A stretch of DNA of 45,030 bases, from assembly GCF_001194135.2 (NCBI RefSeq), contig NC_068982.1:3838534-3883563 (forward strand), given 5' to 3'. This DNA comes from Octopus bimaculoides. Its lineage: Eukaryota. The position numbers and the translations under genes are program-made. The notes beneath the pieces were generated by a model that was given only the letters and a program-made list of their open reading frames with translations, did no database searches and had not been told where the DNA came from. Shown here one piece after another: positions 22,089-32,834 of the stretch (its first letter is position 1; each line of letters opens with the position of its first letter).

Positions 22089-23630
22089 CTGTGGTTAAAA
22101 GATATGCAAAAAAAAAAAAATTAAATTTTTTTATTAATTTCATGCTTTAAACTTCTCAACAACCTTATTAAGTTTCCAATTTCCTGTTCACCTCAAACCC
22201 CGCACGAAGGGCTGGTGAATAGTCAGATTTTCTATTTTATATATTCCTCATCTTTTTCATCAGTAGTCACCAGTTGCTTTGAGCTGTCTCAAACATTCTG
22301 AAAACAATTATAAATACTATAGCATGTAATATATTGAAATTAAAATCCCTTGAATGAAAAAAAGAGTCAAAGGTTACCCACAGGGCCCAAACCATATATA
22401 GATATACACACTGGGCCTCACAGAGGTGATAACAGGTGACTGAGAACTTAGGCAATATGCTGTATGTGAGAAGCCTCGTCAGGCCAAGTGAAATCACAGT
22501 TGTGGTCATTGCCAGTGTCTTGTAAATGGCACCCGTGCCAGTGGCACGTAAAAGCACCCACTACACTCTTGGAGTAGTTGGCATTAGGAAGGGCATCTAG
22601 CTGTAGAAACTGCCAAATCAGGCTGGAACCTGGGCTCCAATTATCTGTTTTGGCCTGGTTTCTATGGCTGGATGCCCTTCCTAATGCCAACCACTCCACA
22701 GAGTGTTTACTGGGTGCCTTTTACATGGTACGACCAACACCAAATATCTTGCGCAGTTAGAGGCATCTGTCAGAATGGTGTACTGAGTGGCCAAAAAGTC
22801 CAATCTCATTGCCAACATAACAAATATTTCAATGTCCATTATTCTTTGCTGGTAAAACCTGAATGAGACAAAAGCACATCACACTGCCAGGTCTCTTGAT
22901 AATGTCATCTCCTCTCTGACAACTGCTAATTCATCTTACTTGCATTCTTTTATCGCATTCTTGGTTCTTGTCTGCCACCAGAATCTTGCACTAGCAGAAA
23001 ACACTGCACTATGTCCAAGTGAAATTTACAATAATAACCAAACTAAAATTCTCAGACATTCTGCATTTTATGTCGGATTTTCCGTGCTAGCATGGGTTGA
23101 ATGCTTTTATTGAGGCTATATTTCATAAGAGAATGCCCTTATTGTTGCCAACCATTTTAGTCATCTTCTCACAGCAAATAAACAGTGATGAGGTGTAGTT
23201 CGAGGACTGACTGGATCAGTACAGATCAATATAGATATGTAACCCTAACCTTAACCCTTTGAGATAAAATATGCCAGATGCAAAAAGTTCTAACTTAATG
23301 GTGGCGGTAAATGACAGAGATGGCTTATGAAAGATTTGGGAAAGAGATCAGACATGAAAACATCGGGTTGCATAGACAAGATGACAGAGTAAAGACACAT
23401 TGAGATATTCAGAACTACAGAGGTGAGATAAGGAGAAGAAAAAGAATTTGAAAAACTAAATGTTAAAATCCTGAAAATGACATTTGGTGATAATATATAA
23501 ACAATTTTATTTACATGTGGTTTACATACTCAAGGCAATGCCCCAGCATGGCCGCAGTTTAATAACTGAAACAAGTAAAAGATAAAAGATATATAATGAG
23601 AAAATGAGAAGAAAATGTAAATGTTCTTAC

Positions 23631-23721
23631 CCCTTTCAAAATCATATCTGCTATCATAGAGAATGGTATGAGAAGGCTAGTAGCTAATGTGCCCATCAGG
23701 GATGATGTTAGGTAACAACCC
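23631..23721 (-). CDS. SLC35F5: SLC35F5 coding exon 10 (WGCYLTSSLMGTLATSLLIPFSMIADMILKG)
   Basis: ttattgtag|G...GGG|gtaaga, 91 nt, phase 2-0. Contains GC.LTSSL.GTLA.SL.IP.S.IADM. Confidence 0.97.
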
Positions 23722-24212
23722 CTACAATAATAACAGCAAAGGATATTTAGGCATCGAACAAGATACTCTTGGAAGTATACATAAAACATAAACGTTACTC
23801 TTGGAGGTATACATAAAACATATAAACGTACTCAATGACACTGGCTCTGATTTGATCACAACCAATAACATTGTATTGCTATTTGCTATTTACATATGCA
23901 AGCTTTTAAATTTGTAAGGCACAAGAAAGGGGATGTTATGATATTCATACCTTATTGCCTTACCCACGAAAAAAAAGAAAAAAAAAGATAAAAACAATAA
24001 TGATTTTAAGTAAACTGAAATGGTTCCAAACCAGGATTGAACCTGGATTCAAGGTTCAGTCATTCAAGAATTAACCTCTACTGAGCAGTGGATTTGATTT
24101 CTATTTTACCAAGATGCAAGTGGACATAAGTATAGCCACGTGCTTTGTTTTGGACAACACACTGGCTTTCATAACCTGAAACAACAGCCCCGTCTACACA
24201 ACCAAGGATGAT

Positions 24213-24657
24213 ATTCTTTTCTACTCTAGGCACAAGGGCCGAAATTTTGGGGGAGGTGGGGCAGTCGACAAGATCGACCCCAGTACACAACTGGTACTTA
24301 ATATATTGACCCTGCAAGGATGAAAGGCAAAGTCGACCTTGGTGGAATTTGAACTGAGAACGTAAAGACAGACAAAACACTGCTAAGCATTTTGTCCGGC
24401 TTGCTAACGTTTCTGCCAACTCACTGCTTTGAAAACTGATGGAAACATTTTCTGCTCTAGGCAAAAGGCCCGAAATTTTGGGGGAGCGCAGTCGATTAGA
24501 TCGACCCCAGTACACAACTGGTACTTAATTTATTGACCCTGAAAGGATGAAAGGCAAAGTCAACCTCGGCAGAATTTGAACTCAGAACGTAACGACAGAC
24601 AAAATACCACCAAGCATTTCACCCGGCATGCTAACGATTCTACCAGCTCGCCGCCTT
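24213..24657 (-). mobile_element. Head-to-tail dimer of SINE family B
   Basis: Copies at 24213-24427 and 24448-24657. Confidence 0.87.
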
Positions 24658-24997
24658 ACAGCTGAAGATGATATCAACACATTGTTAAGTGAAGCTAGTC
24701 CATTAGCCATTAAGGAATGGTATTTAACTTGTGTTTGTTGGCTTGGCTCAGCTCACCTACCTGTAAGAAGGTGAGTAAAGAGAAGCATAACTTATTAGTG
24801 CCAGTAAATAGTGGTAGTGCACTACAGAACAAATACTGCCTTGCCTCTCAGTGCTGGGTTCAAGCCCTCTCGTAGGACAAGTGAAGAAGACAGGGGCTAC
24901 AAGGAGTATTGATTATTGAAAATCAATAAGAAATAAACAACAACTGCACTTCAATGAGTTTTCTTGTAGCACAATGAAGTGAAGACACGAAGCTTAT

Positions 24998-25285
24998 TTG
25001 TTAAGGTATATGGCTCACAATTATAAGGTCTCGAGTTCAATTCCTGACAGCACATTGCGTCCTTGAGCAAGACACTTTATTTCACATTGCTCCAGTCCAC
25101 TCAGCTGGCAAAAATGAGTAGTACCTGCATTTCAAAGGGTCAGCCTTGTCACATTGTGTCACACTGAATCTCTCTGAAAATTACATTAAGGGTACATGTG
25201 TCTGTGGAATACTCAGTCACTTGCATGTTAATTTCATGAGCAGGCTGTTCTATTAATCAGATCAGATGGAACAACCTGCTCATTA
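24998..25285 (+). mobile_element. SINE family D (tRNA head, GTCCTTGAGCAAGACAC CORE-like block)
   Basis: GAGTTCAATTCC B-box followed by cttgagcaagacactttatttcac...cagctggcaaaaatgag. Confidence 0.78.
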
Positions 25286-25597
25286 TAATTAATGTAGTGC
25301 CAGTTAATGAAGGAAATAACGATTATCATCAATTCCTTCAGTTCAGTTCTAACAGTAGAGAAGAAATATCTTTAACAATACTTCCTAGTTTAATAATCTA
25401 ATCTTTCTAGAATTTGCATAAATGAGAACATTTCCATGTTTCCATACATGGATTTAATCAGCCTTTTAGAAGATTAAAACCAACCAGTAAAAATGTTTGT
25501 AACACGGAATTATTGTTGTTTGTTTGACTTTGAAAAACAATTTAGCTGTCAGTGAGACAGAAAAACAAGAAAAGAAAAATGTCTATCATCAACATAC

Positions 25598-25757
25598 CAT
25601 ATCCAAAGAATTTCTGTTAAAGCTGTTCCTACCATTCCACTAATGGCCAAAAACATCCATTGTTTGTCACTTGGCCACTCAAATAATTCCAACTTACTAT
25701 AATGAAAAATAAAGAAGCCAGGCCACAACAGCGTCGTACTGAAGAATCCAACAAAAC
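25598..25757 (-). CDS. SLC35F5: SLC35F5 coding exon 9 (GFVGFFSTTLLWPGFFIFHYSKLELFEWPSDKQWMFLAISGMVGTALTEILWI)
   Basis: gtttttacag|GT...TG|gtatgt, 160 nt, phase 1-2. Contains GFVG.F...LLWPGFF..HY. Not in the supplied ORF track. Confidence 0.97.
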
Positions 25758-26301
25758 CTGTAAAAACAAAAAATTCGTTTTCTAAATGAACAAAAAATTT
25801 TTAAATATAAATAACAAGAAAAACCTAAATAATAATTAAAAATATATTTTAGTTAAATTTCGTTGTCTTGGGAGGGTCATTATGCCAATAATAATAAACA
25901 CATGCACTGGTTCAATATCACTTCTTAGTCAGCTGGTTACATATTTAACCAGTTGACTAATCAATAATTTGTTTAATGTGCTGGTTAAACAATCAATTGT
26001 TTGTTTGTCAAAGGTTCTTTCCTTGCTATTCCTGACCTTAACAACAACACACCCTCTCTCTTCAAGGTCTCTTCTACTGACCTTATATGCAGCATACTTC
26101 AGCAGTAATCTTATGGTACACATTTCATCTGCATCCAGCTGTACTATGCCATACCCATCAGAGGTATTACATATTGCAGTTAAAGCTGTCCAGTAGCTTA
26201 CACTCCAACATAACAATTCCATTGATGTTGTTTGGCTGTCTACTTTGCTTTCTACCATGCTATGATCATTGTTACGATTTAAGATAATTCTACAATGTTA
26301 A

Positions 26302-26800
26302 CCCTTTTGTTACCAACCCAGTTGAAACCAGCTCTGGCTCTGAGTACAAAGGTCTTGTTTTCATAAATTTTGAATTTAAATCTTCCACCAAACCTTAATC
26401 ATAATTTATGTTCCTAACACTAGCTGAATGAGAACTAAGTTATTTTACTAAATTCTTTGTTATATTTAAAGTAATTGAAAGAAACACAGAGCATCTCAAC
26501 AGAAATGTGGTAANNNNNNNNNNNNNNNNNNNNNNNNNNNNNNNNNNNNNNNNNNNNNNNNNNNNNNNNNNNNNNNNNNNNNNNNNNNNNNNNNNNNNNN
26601 NNNNNNNNNNNNNNNNNNNNNNNNNNNNNNNNNNNNNNNNNNNNNNNNNNNNNNNNNNNNNNNNNNNNNNNNNNNNNNNNTAATTTATGTTCCTAACACT
26701 AGCTGAATGAGAACTAAGTTATTTTACTAAATTCTTTGTTATATTTAAAGTAATTGAAAGAAACACAGAGCATCTCAACAGAAATGTGGTAACGAAAAGG
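26302..26800. mobile_element. piggyBac-like MITE interrupted by an assembly gap (true length ~220 bp)
   Basis: TTAA|CCCTTTTGTTACCA at 26298-26315 and a degenerate inverse TGGTAACGAAAAGG|TGAA at 26787-26804. TTAA+CCC termini are a piggyBac hallmark. Confidence 0.6.
26514..26680. other. Assembly gap (167 N) flanked by an identical 112-bp overlap
   Basis: 26402-26513 is identical to 26681-26792. Confidence 1.
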
Positions 26801-26918
26801 TGAAATCTATTGGATGGGATGTGATGAAAGAACAGTTCCGACTAGTAACGAAAGTGATGACACTGATGACAACGGCTAAATGAAATGTATAAGAAAAAGT
26901 AATATAAAGTTCCTTTAC

Positions 26919-27085
26919 CCAAAAACATAGGCAGATCAAGTTTGTCTTCATGATCAGCTTTTTTTTTCAACACAACCAAATATATTGCAGTAAAGACTGC
27001 ACTGGCAATGGTCCATACAGCACTTGCAGGAATCCCATTCTTAATTTTTGTATCCGATAAACTAACAAAAACTACACCACACATA
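26919..27085 (-). CDS. SLC35F5: SLC35F5 coding exon 8 (GMCGVVFVSLSDTKIKNGIPASAVWTIASAVFTAIYLVVLKKKADHEDKLDLPMFL)
   Basis: gtcttttgcag|T...TTG G|gtaaag, 167 nt, phase 2-1. Contains the D.EDKLD+PMF motif. Confidence 0.97.
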
Positions 27086-27269
27086 CTGCAAAAGACAAAA
27101 AGAATAAATAAAAAAAAGAATGAAAATATAAAAGGAAAGATAGCAAGCATAAAATAAATGATACTACAAACTTCAAGGTTCAATACCATGATATGAAACT
27201 TTGGGCAAGTTTCCTCAACATTAGCCTCAGGTTGACTAATACCTTGTTAGTAGATTAAGATACAAGTTA

Positions 27270-28351
27270 AAATCCAACTGAGGTCGACTTTGCCTTTCAT
27301 CCTTTCAGGGTCAATAAATTGAGTACCAGTTGCGTACTGGGGTCGATCTAATCGACTAGTCCCCTCCCGCAAAATTTCAGGCCTTGTCTCTTTAGTAAAA
27401 AGGATATTAAGATACAAGGTGAGTTTGTGACCATGCAAGCAAGACTAAGTAATATTGACCCATTGAAAAGGTATTGTGTTATGTGGTGAAATGTATTCTT
27501 GGAACTTGATAGTCTGGGAGAGGCTGAAAACGTTGAGTCTATCCCTTGAATGAAAGCAGGAAAAATATGCAGTGATATACATCTGGAAAATCCTGGAAGG
27601 ACTCATACCAAACTTCGGCATTGAAAGTTACACAAACAGCAGAATGGAGTTCCACTTCAAAGTTAAAGCACAACAACAAATGGTTTTGTGGTGGTTTCAA
27701 ATGTTGGCCCAAGATCAGCAAATTTCAGGGGAAGGGGTAAGTCAATTACACTGACCCCAGTTATCAACAGGTACTTTTTTTTTCTTTTATTAACCTTGAA
27801 AATATGAAAGCAAAGTCCACCTTGGCAGCATTTGAACTCAGACAATAAAAAGCTGGAGGAAATGCCATTAAACACGTCAACAACTCTGTCAGCTTCGCCA
27901 TCTTACTCTCTTGATTCTATAACAATGCCTTACTGTATCAGTTTGATGGGATTTGTTGCCCATTTCATTGTCAGGTTTCAAAACAGAAACAACCACGACT
28001 TTGGTTCATACATTTGCTTCTTATCAATTCAATCAGAACTTAATATTGTGAAAACTGAAAGGCAGGCCTTGTGTCTAGAGTAGAAAAGAAAAAAAAAAAA
28101 GAATATTTAATTCTTTACAAAGTGGCGAGCTGGCAGAATCGTTAGCTGGCAGAATCGTTAGCATGCCAGGGGAAATGCTTAGCGATATTTTGTCTGTCTT
28201 TACATTCTGAATTCAAATTCCGCTGAGGTCAACTTTGCCTTTCATCCTTTTGGGGTCGATAAATTAAGTACCAGCTGCATACTGGGGCTGATCTAATCGA
28301 CTGGCCCCACTCCCCAGAAATTTCGAGCTTTGTGCTTAGAGTAGAAAAGAA
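27270..28351. mobile_element. Three SINE family B copies in intron 7 (+ ~27270-27405, - ~27700-27900, + 28121-28351)
   Basis: Shared central block in alternating orientation. The 28121 copy has a 16-nt internal duplication (agctggcagaatcgtt). Confidence 0.8.
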
Positions 28352-28382
28352 TAAAGGTGAAAATTGAGTTCATAAGACTTAC

Positions 28383-28552
28383 CCAAATGTTACTGCAGTC
28401 AATTTGGACAAAGAAAACCTATCGGCACTATTACTAGGGAAAATAGTTGAACCTATGAGGGTGAAGAGACAAGTTGCAGAAGACATAACATTGACAATGT
28501 TCGTCTCATTCTCGTAGAGCCCTTTCTGGTAGCAGAAGTTTCCAACAAAATA
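28383..28552 (-). CDS. SLC35F5: SLC35F5 coding exon 7 (YFVGNFCYQKGLYENETNIVNVMSSATCLFTLIGSTIFPSNSADRFSLSKLTAVTF)
   Basis: gtattttcag|TAT...GG|gtaagt, 170 nt, phase 0-2. Contains IVN..SS...LFTL and FPSNS.DRF.LSKL. Confidence 0.97.
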
Positions 28553-29131
28553 CTGAAAATACACCAAGTCAAGAAAATAGACAAATAAAAAGGAACCAAT
28601 AAAATGCAACATCAAAGAGCTACCACCTTCCTTCCTCCCTGCCTTCTTTATCCCCCTGGGGAGGCCAAATGTCTCCTCTATATTAAGACAACTATTCCCG
28701 TCCCCCTCTTATATTCTAACCTCTTGCCTGGAACACAGCCACTTACCTTGGTTCCATTCCCTCTCTCAACTTTGGTCTTTGTCTTGCAAGTTACTCGGCA
28801 ACCTCACTGATGCTGGTGCCACATAAAGAGTAGCTGTGCCAGTGCCACCCTAAAAAGCATCCAGTCCACTCTGTAAAGTGGTTGGAGTCAGGGAGAGCAT
28901 TCAGTCACAGAAACCATACCAAAACAGACAACTGGAGCCTGGTGCAGCCCTCCAGCTGGCCAGTTCCTGACAAACCATCCAACCCATACCAGCATGGGCA
29001 ATGGACGCTAAATGATGATGATGACATGCAATAGCACTAACAACGGTTATACATTGATCATAAATACTAATCTATTTTGAAGACAGACAAGTGTTTGAGG
29101 ATCTAATTTCTTTATGAAAAATTATCTAATA

Positions 29132-29518
29132 TAGGCGTAGGAGTGGCTGTGTGGTAAGTAGCTTGCTTACCAACCACATGGTTCCGGGTTCAATCCCACT
29201 GCGTGGCATCTTGGGCAAGTGTCTTCTACTATCGCCTCGGGCCAACCAAAGCCTTGTGAGTGGATTTGGTAGATGGAAACTGAAAGAAGCCCGTCGTATA
29301 TATGTATATATATAGGTATATAAATATGTGTTTGTCCCCCCATCATCACTTGACAACCGATGCTGGTGTTTACATCCCCATAACTTAGCAGTTCGGCAAA
29401 AAGAGACCGATAGAATAAGTACTAGGCTTACAAAGAATAAGTCCTGGAGTCGATTTGCTCGACTAAAGGCGGTGCTCTAGCATGGCCACAGTCTAATGAC
29501 TGAAAGAAGTCAAGAATA
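29132..29518 (+). mobile_element. SINE family A, near full length
   Basis: taggcgtaggagtggctgtgtggtaagtagc...GGTTCAATCCC...ctagcatggccacagtctaatgactgaaa. Confidence 0.88.
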
Positions 29519-30425
29519 CAGAAAATATACTTTGACTTAAGCAAAAGTACAATCAATATGATGAACCTGATGACTTTCATCATCATCATCATCATCGTTT
29601 AACGTCCGCTTTCCATGCTGGCATGGGTTGGACGGTTTGACTGAGGAATGGCAAGCCAGAAGGCTACACCAGACTCTAATCTGATCTAGCAAGGTTTCTA
29701 CAGCTGGATGCCCTTCCTAATGCCAACCACTCCAAGAGTGTAGTGGGTGCTTTTTATGTGCCACCGGCACAGGAGCCAGTGAGGTGGGCCTGGCATCGAT
29801 CACGTTTGGATGGTGTTTTTTACGTGCCACCAGCACGGGACTCTTGATCCATGTCAGGAGAAGTAAACATTCAATGATATTTGGAATCAAAGACAGACAA
29901 GGACAACTCAATGTACCCACACAAGAAAGAAGAGTCACTTTGAAATTTGGTGATGTACCAAAGTCTCAGCTGATTAAAATGGAAAATAGCCAATGTGGCA
30001 GGACAGGAATAAACTCATCTTTCTTTCCCACTTCATTATTTTGTTCTTTATATCATTTTGTAAATTTGCAGGGGGGATCTTTTTCATACAAAAATTTCTC
30101 AATGTACCCCCAAAAGCTAAAACTAATTATCTTAACAATTATTAACATAAAGGGTAACTCTTTAAGTCAGTGGTTCTCAACAGTTTTAATATCAGGGTCA
30201 GATCCAAAATGGGTAATTTCTTTTTTTTTTTTTTTTAGGGGGGGAGGCACACCAAAATAAGTAAAATACAAATCAGTTAAAAGAAAAATGTATCTTTATA
30301 GCAGAAAGACTGTGAAGGGCCACTGGGAGGATGCTTGAGGGCTGCAGTTGAGAACTACTTCTTTAAAGACCATGAAATTAGCAAAAAACTGTCCAATAAA
30401 GTTAAAAGAACAAACATTTCCTTAC

Positions 30426-30562
30426 CAAGATGCAATATATTATGGCAACCTTTGCCAATTGTTTAAGGCTAAGTTTGCTTAGAGCTCGTAATTTAGCCTC
30501 TTCGGCTCGTATAGAGGCATTGTATGATAATCGGGCTATGACCGACTCTTCTGCATAGATAT
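30426..30562 (-). CDS. SLC35F5: SLC35F5 coding exon 6 (DIYAEESVIARLSYNASIRAEEAKLRALSKLSLKQLAKVAIIYCIL)
   Basis: cttcctttcag|AT...TTG|gtaagg, 137 nt, phase 1-0. Contains the R+SY and KL...Q+AK motifs. Confidence 0.95.
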
Positions 30563-30702
30563 CTGAAAGGAAGAGAGAAAAGGAAGGAATCAGGGCCATA
30601 GGAATTCAAGTGGGGACAAAGACATGCAAGAATATCATTATTGTTGCACAGTTCTTAAAGCATTTCCTGTTCATTAAGGATGAATAACATCAAGATATTA
30701 GC

Positions 30703-30968
30703 TGGCACTCCGTCGGTTATGACGATGAGATTTCCAGAGGTTCCAATCAATGGAACAACCTGCACGTGAAATTAACGTGCAAGTGGCTGAGCACTCCACA
30801 GACATGTGTACTCTTAACGTAGTTCTCGGGTGACGCAGAGTGTGACAAGGCTGACCCCCTTTGAATTACTGGTACAACTCATTTTTGCCAGCTGAGTGAA
30901 CTGGAGCAACGTGAAGTAAAGTGTCTTGCTCAAGGACACAACACACCACCAGGAATTGAACTCACGAC
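30703..30968 (-). mobile_element. SINE family D
   Basis: Reverse-complement match to 24998-25285. Confidence 0.8.
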
Positions 30969-31080
30969 CTTATGTTTGCACTGACAACAATCACACTCGA
31001 ATGGTGCTTTTTATATGCCACTGGCACAGGAGCCAATCAGCGACCCTGGCAACAATCACGCTCAGATGATGCTTTTAATG

Positions 31081-31242
31081 TTCCAGCCTTCATCAGGTGT
31101 CTTGAGGAAATTTCAAACCTGGGTTCTCATTCCTAAGATATTTTTTGATATTATTTTTTTAAAATTATTATCATTAAGGTCACTGCCTGAAATTGAACTC
31201 GGAATCTTGGGGTTAGTAGTCCGCGCTCTTAACCACTATGCC
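31081..31242 (-). mobile_element. Partial PLE terminal repeat (head to mid-hammerhead), left half of a head-to-head pair
   Basis: The minus strand reads ggcatagtggttaagagcgcggactactaacccc...caagacacCTGATGAAGGCTGG and then stops inside hammerhead loop II. Confidence 0.82.
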
Positions 31243-31423
31243 ATGGGCATATGGCGTAGTGGTTAAGAGCACGGGCTACTAACCCCAAGATTCCAAGTTC
31301 GATTACACGCAGTGACCTGGATAATAACAATAATAATAATAATAATAACATCGAAAAATACTTCAAATGTAAATAATGTAAATAATGGACATAATTCTTC
31401 CTCTCTTAAATATAGAACTGCAT
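31243..31423 (+). mobile_element. PLE terminal repeat with internal deletion of the hammerhead segment, right half of a head-to-head pair
   Basis: Head atgggcataTGGCGTAGTGG...GTTCGATT, then (AAT)n, then gaaaaatac joined directly to ttcaaatgtaaat...aaatatagaactgcat, the tail also seen at 3318-3364. Confidence 0.82.
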
Positions 31424-31526
31424 AGAAAAATTAATAGAAATTTTATCAGGCCACTAAATAAAGTTAAATGAGATAAGGATGAAGATTTGTCACAATAAGG
31501 TGGTGAGAAGAAAGAAAGTAACCTAC

Positions 31527-31586
31527 CAGAAAGTTGACGAATTTCTAAAAGATTATTAAACCGCACTATTGTTGTGTTCTCCCGGT
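31527..31586 (-). CDS. SLC35F5: SLC35F5 coding exon 5 (DRENTTIVRFNNLLEIRQLS); tandem acceptor could start it at 31589
   Basis: ttttctcagcag|AC...TCT G|gtaggt, 60 nt, phase 1-1. Contains the conserved VRF.N..EIRQL motif. Confidence 0.93.
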
Positions 31587-32624
31587 CTGCTGAGAAAAGA
31601 GAGAGAGAGAGAAATAATGGTCTCAAATTTTGGCACAAGAACAGCAATTTCAGGGACATGCTCAACTGGTTCAGGTCAAACAACTGACAAGCAAATCTGT
31701 GGTATTGAGCAGAATATTTGCTGTAGACCATCTTATTATTATTATTATTATTATATGTGAAAACCAACTCTGGAACCCGGTGCAGCCCTCCAGCTTTGCC
31801 AGCTCCTGTCAAACCATGCAACCCATGTCAGCATGGAAAACAAATGTTAAATGATGATGATGATGATGATGATGATGGACTGGCATTTGTGTTAACTCTT
31901 TACATTCTGAGTTCAAAACCTGCCAAAATAAAATATCAATCGACAAACTGCTCCCCTCAAGATTTTCTGGCTTGGTGCCTTAATTTGGAAACTTACTTAT
32001 TGCTGGTCAACCTTACTTTCAAGTCACTCTTTATAATACTGCATTGCACCATGGACAATTGTATGGAATAATATTTTTATGAATTTATTTGCAAATCACA
32101 GTCGTGGCAGATACCAGTGTTACACAAATGGCACCCATGCAGATGGCACATAAAGGCACCTATTACACTCTCAGAGTGCTTGGCATTAGGAAGGGCATCC
32201 AGCCATAGAAAACCATGCCAAATCAGACTGAAGTCTGTATTACCTTACCTCATGTATATTTTTTAAGACAGTAGGACATAACAGGAGGGAGATTTGGTGG
32301 CTATTCCAAGCAGATCAAGCGACCACATTAGGGCTCCTCCCTCACTGGCTTGTACAACTAATGTCATTGAGGCAGTTGACTTGCAGAGGATAGGGGGGGG
32401 GGAATCAGGAGAGTATCAAAACATTCGGCGACAGTTATCTCCCTTCACATTCTTAGTTCAAAGCCAATCTGGCAGCATTTATACTACACATTCTTTCTCG
32501 GTCACTGAATTAGCAATGCAAGAAATCATTATTGCAGCAGATGTAGTTGTGTTATGAAGTTCTCAGTGAACAGACGTCAATGGTGCTAAGATTTTTGATT
32601 ATCAGAAAGAGATACTCTACACTG

Positions 32625-32834
32625 GTTTCAAATTTTGGCACAAGGCCAGCAATTTCAGGGGGGAGAGGTAAGTGAATCACATCACCAGTGCATAACTGGT
32701 ACTCACTTTATCTACTCCGAAAGGATGAAAGGCAAAGTCGGTCCCAAGAGTAATTGAGCTCAGAATGTAAAACAGACGAAATGCTCCGAAGCATTTCGCA
32801 TGATGTGCTAATGATTCTGCCAGCTCACCACCTC
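32625..32834 (-). mobile_element. SINE family B
   Basis: Matches family B. Confidence 0.78.

Noticed and set aside
23240-23257. Telomere-like TAACCC repeats
   Set aside because: Only about three imperfect units. Too short to call an interstitial telomeric array.
25929-26258. 109-aa minus-strand ORF in intron 8 as an extra exon or nested gene
   Set aside because: Exons 8 and 9 join in frame without it, and the peptide has no recognisable family signature.
26402-26792. 112-bp direct repeat as a real tandem duplication
   Set aside because: 100% identity exactly abutting an N-gap is the signature of an unmerged contig overlap.
29784-30260. 158-aa + strand ORF
   Set aside because: Begins in a family C repeat; the remainder is low-complexity intron sequence.
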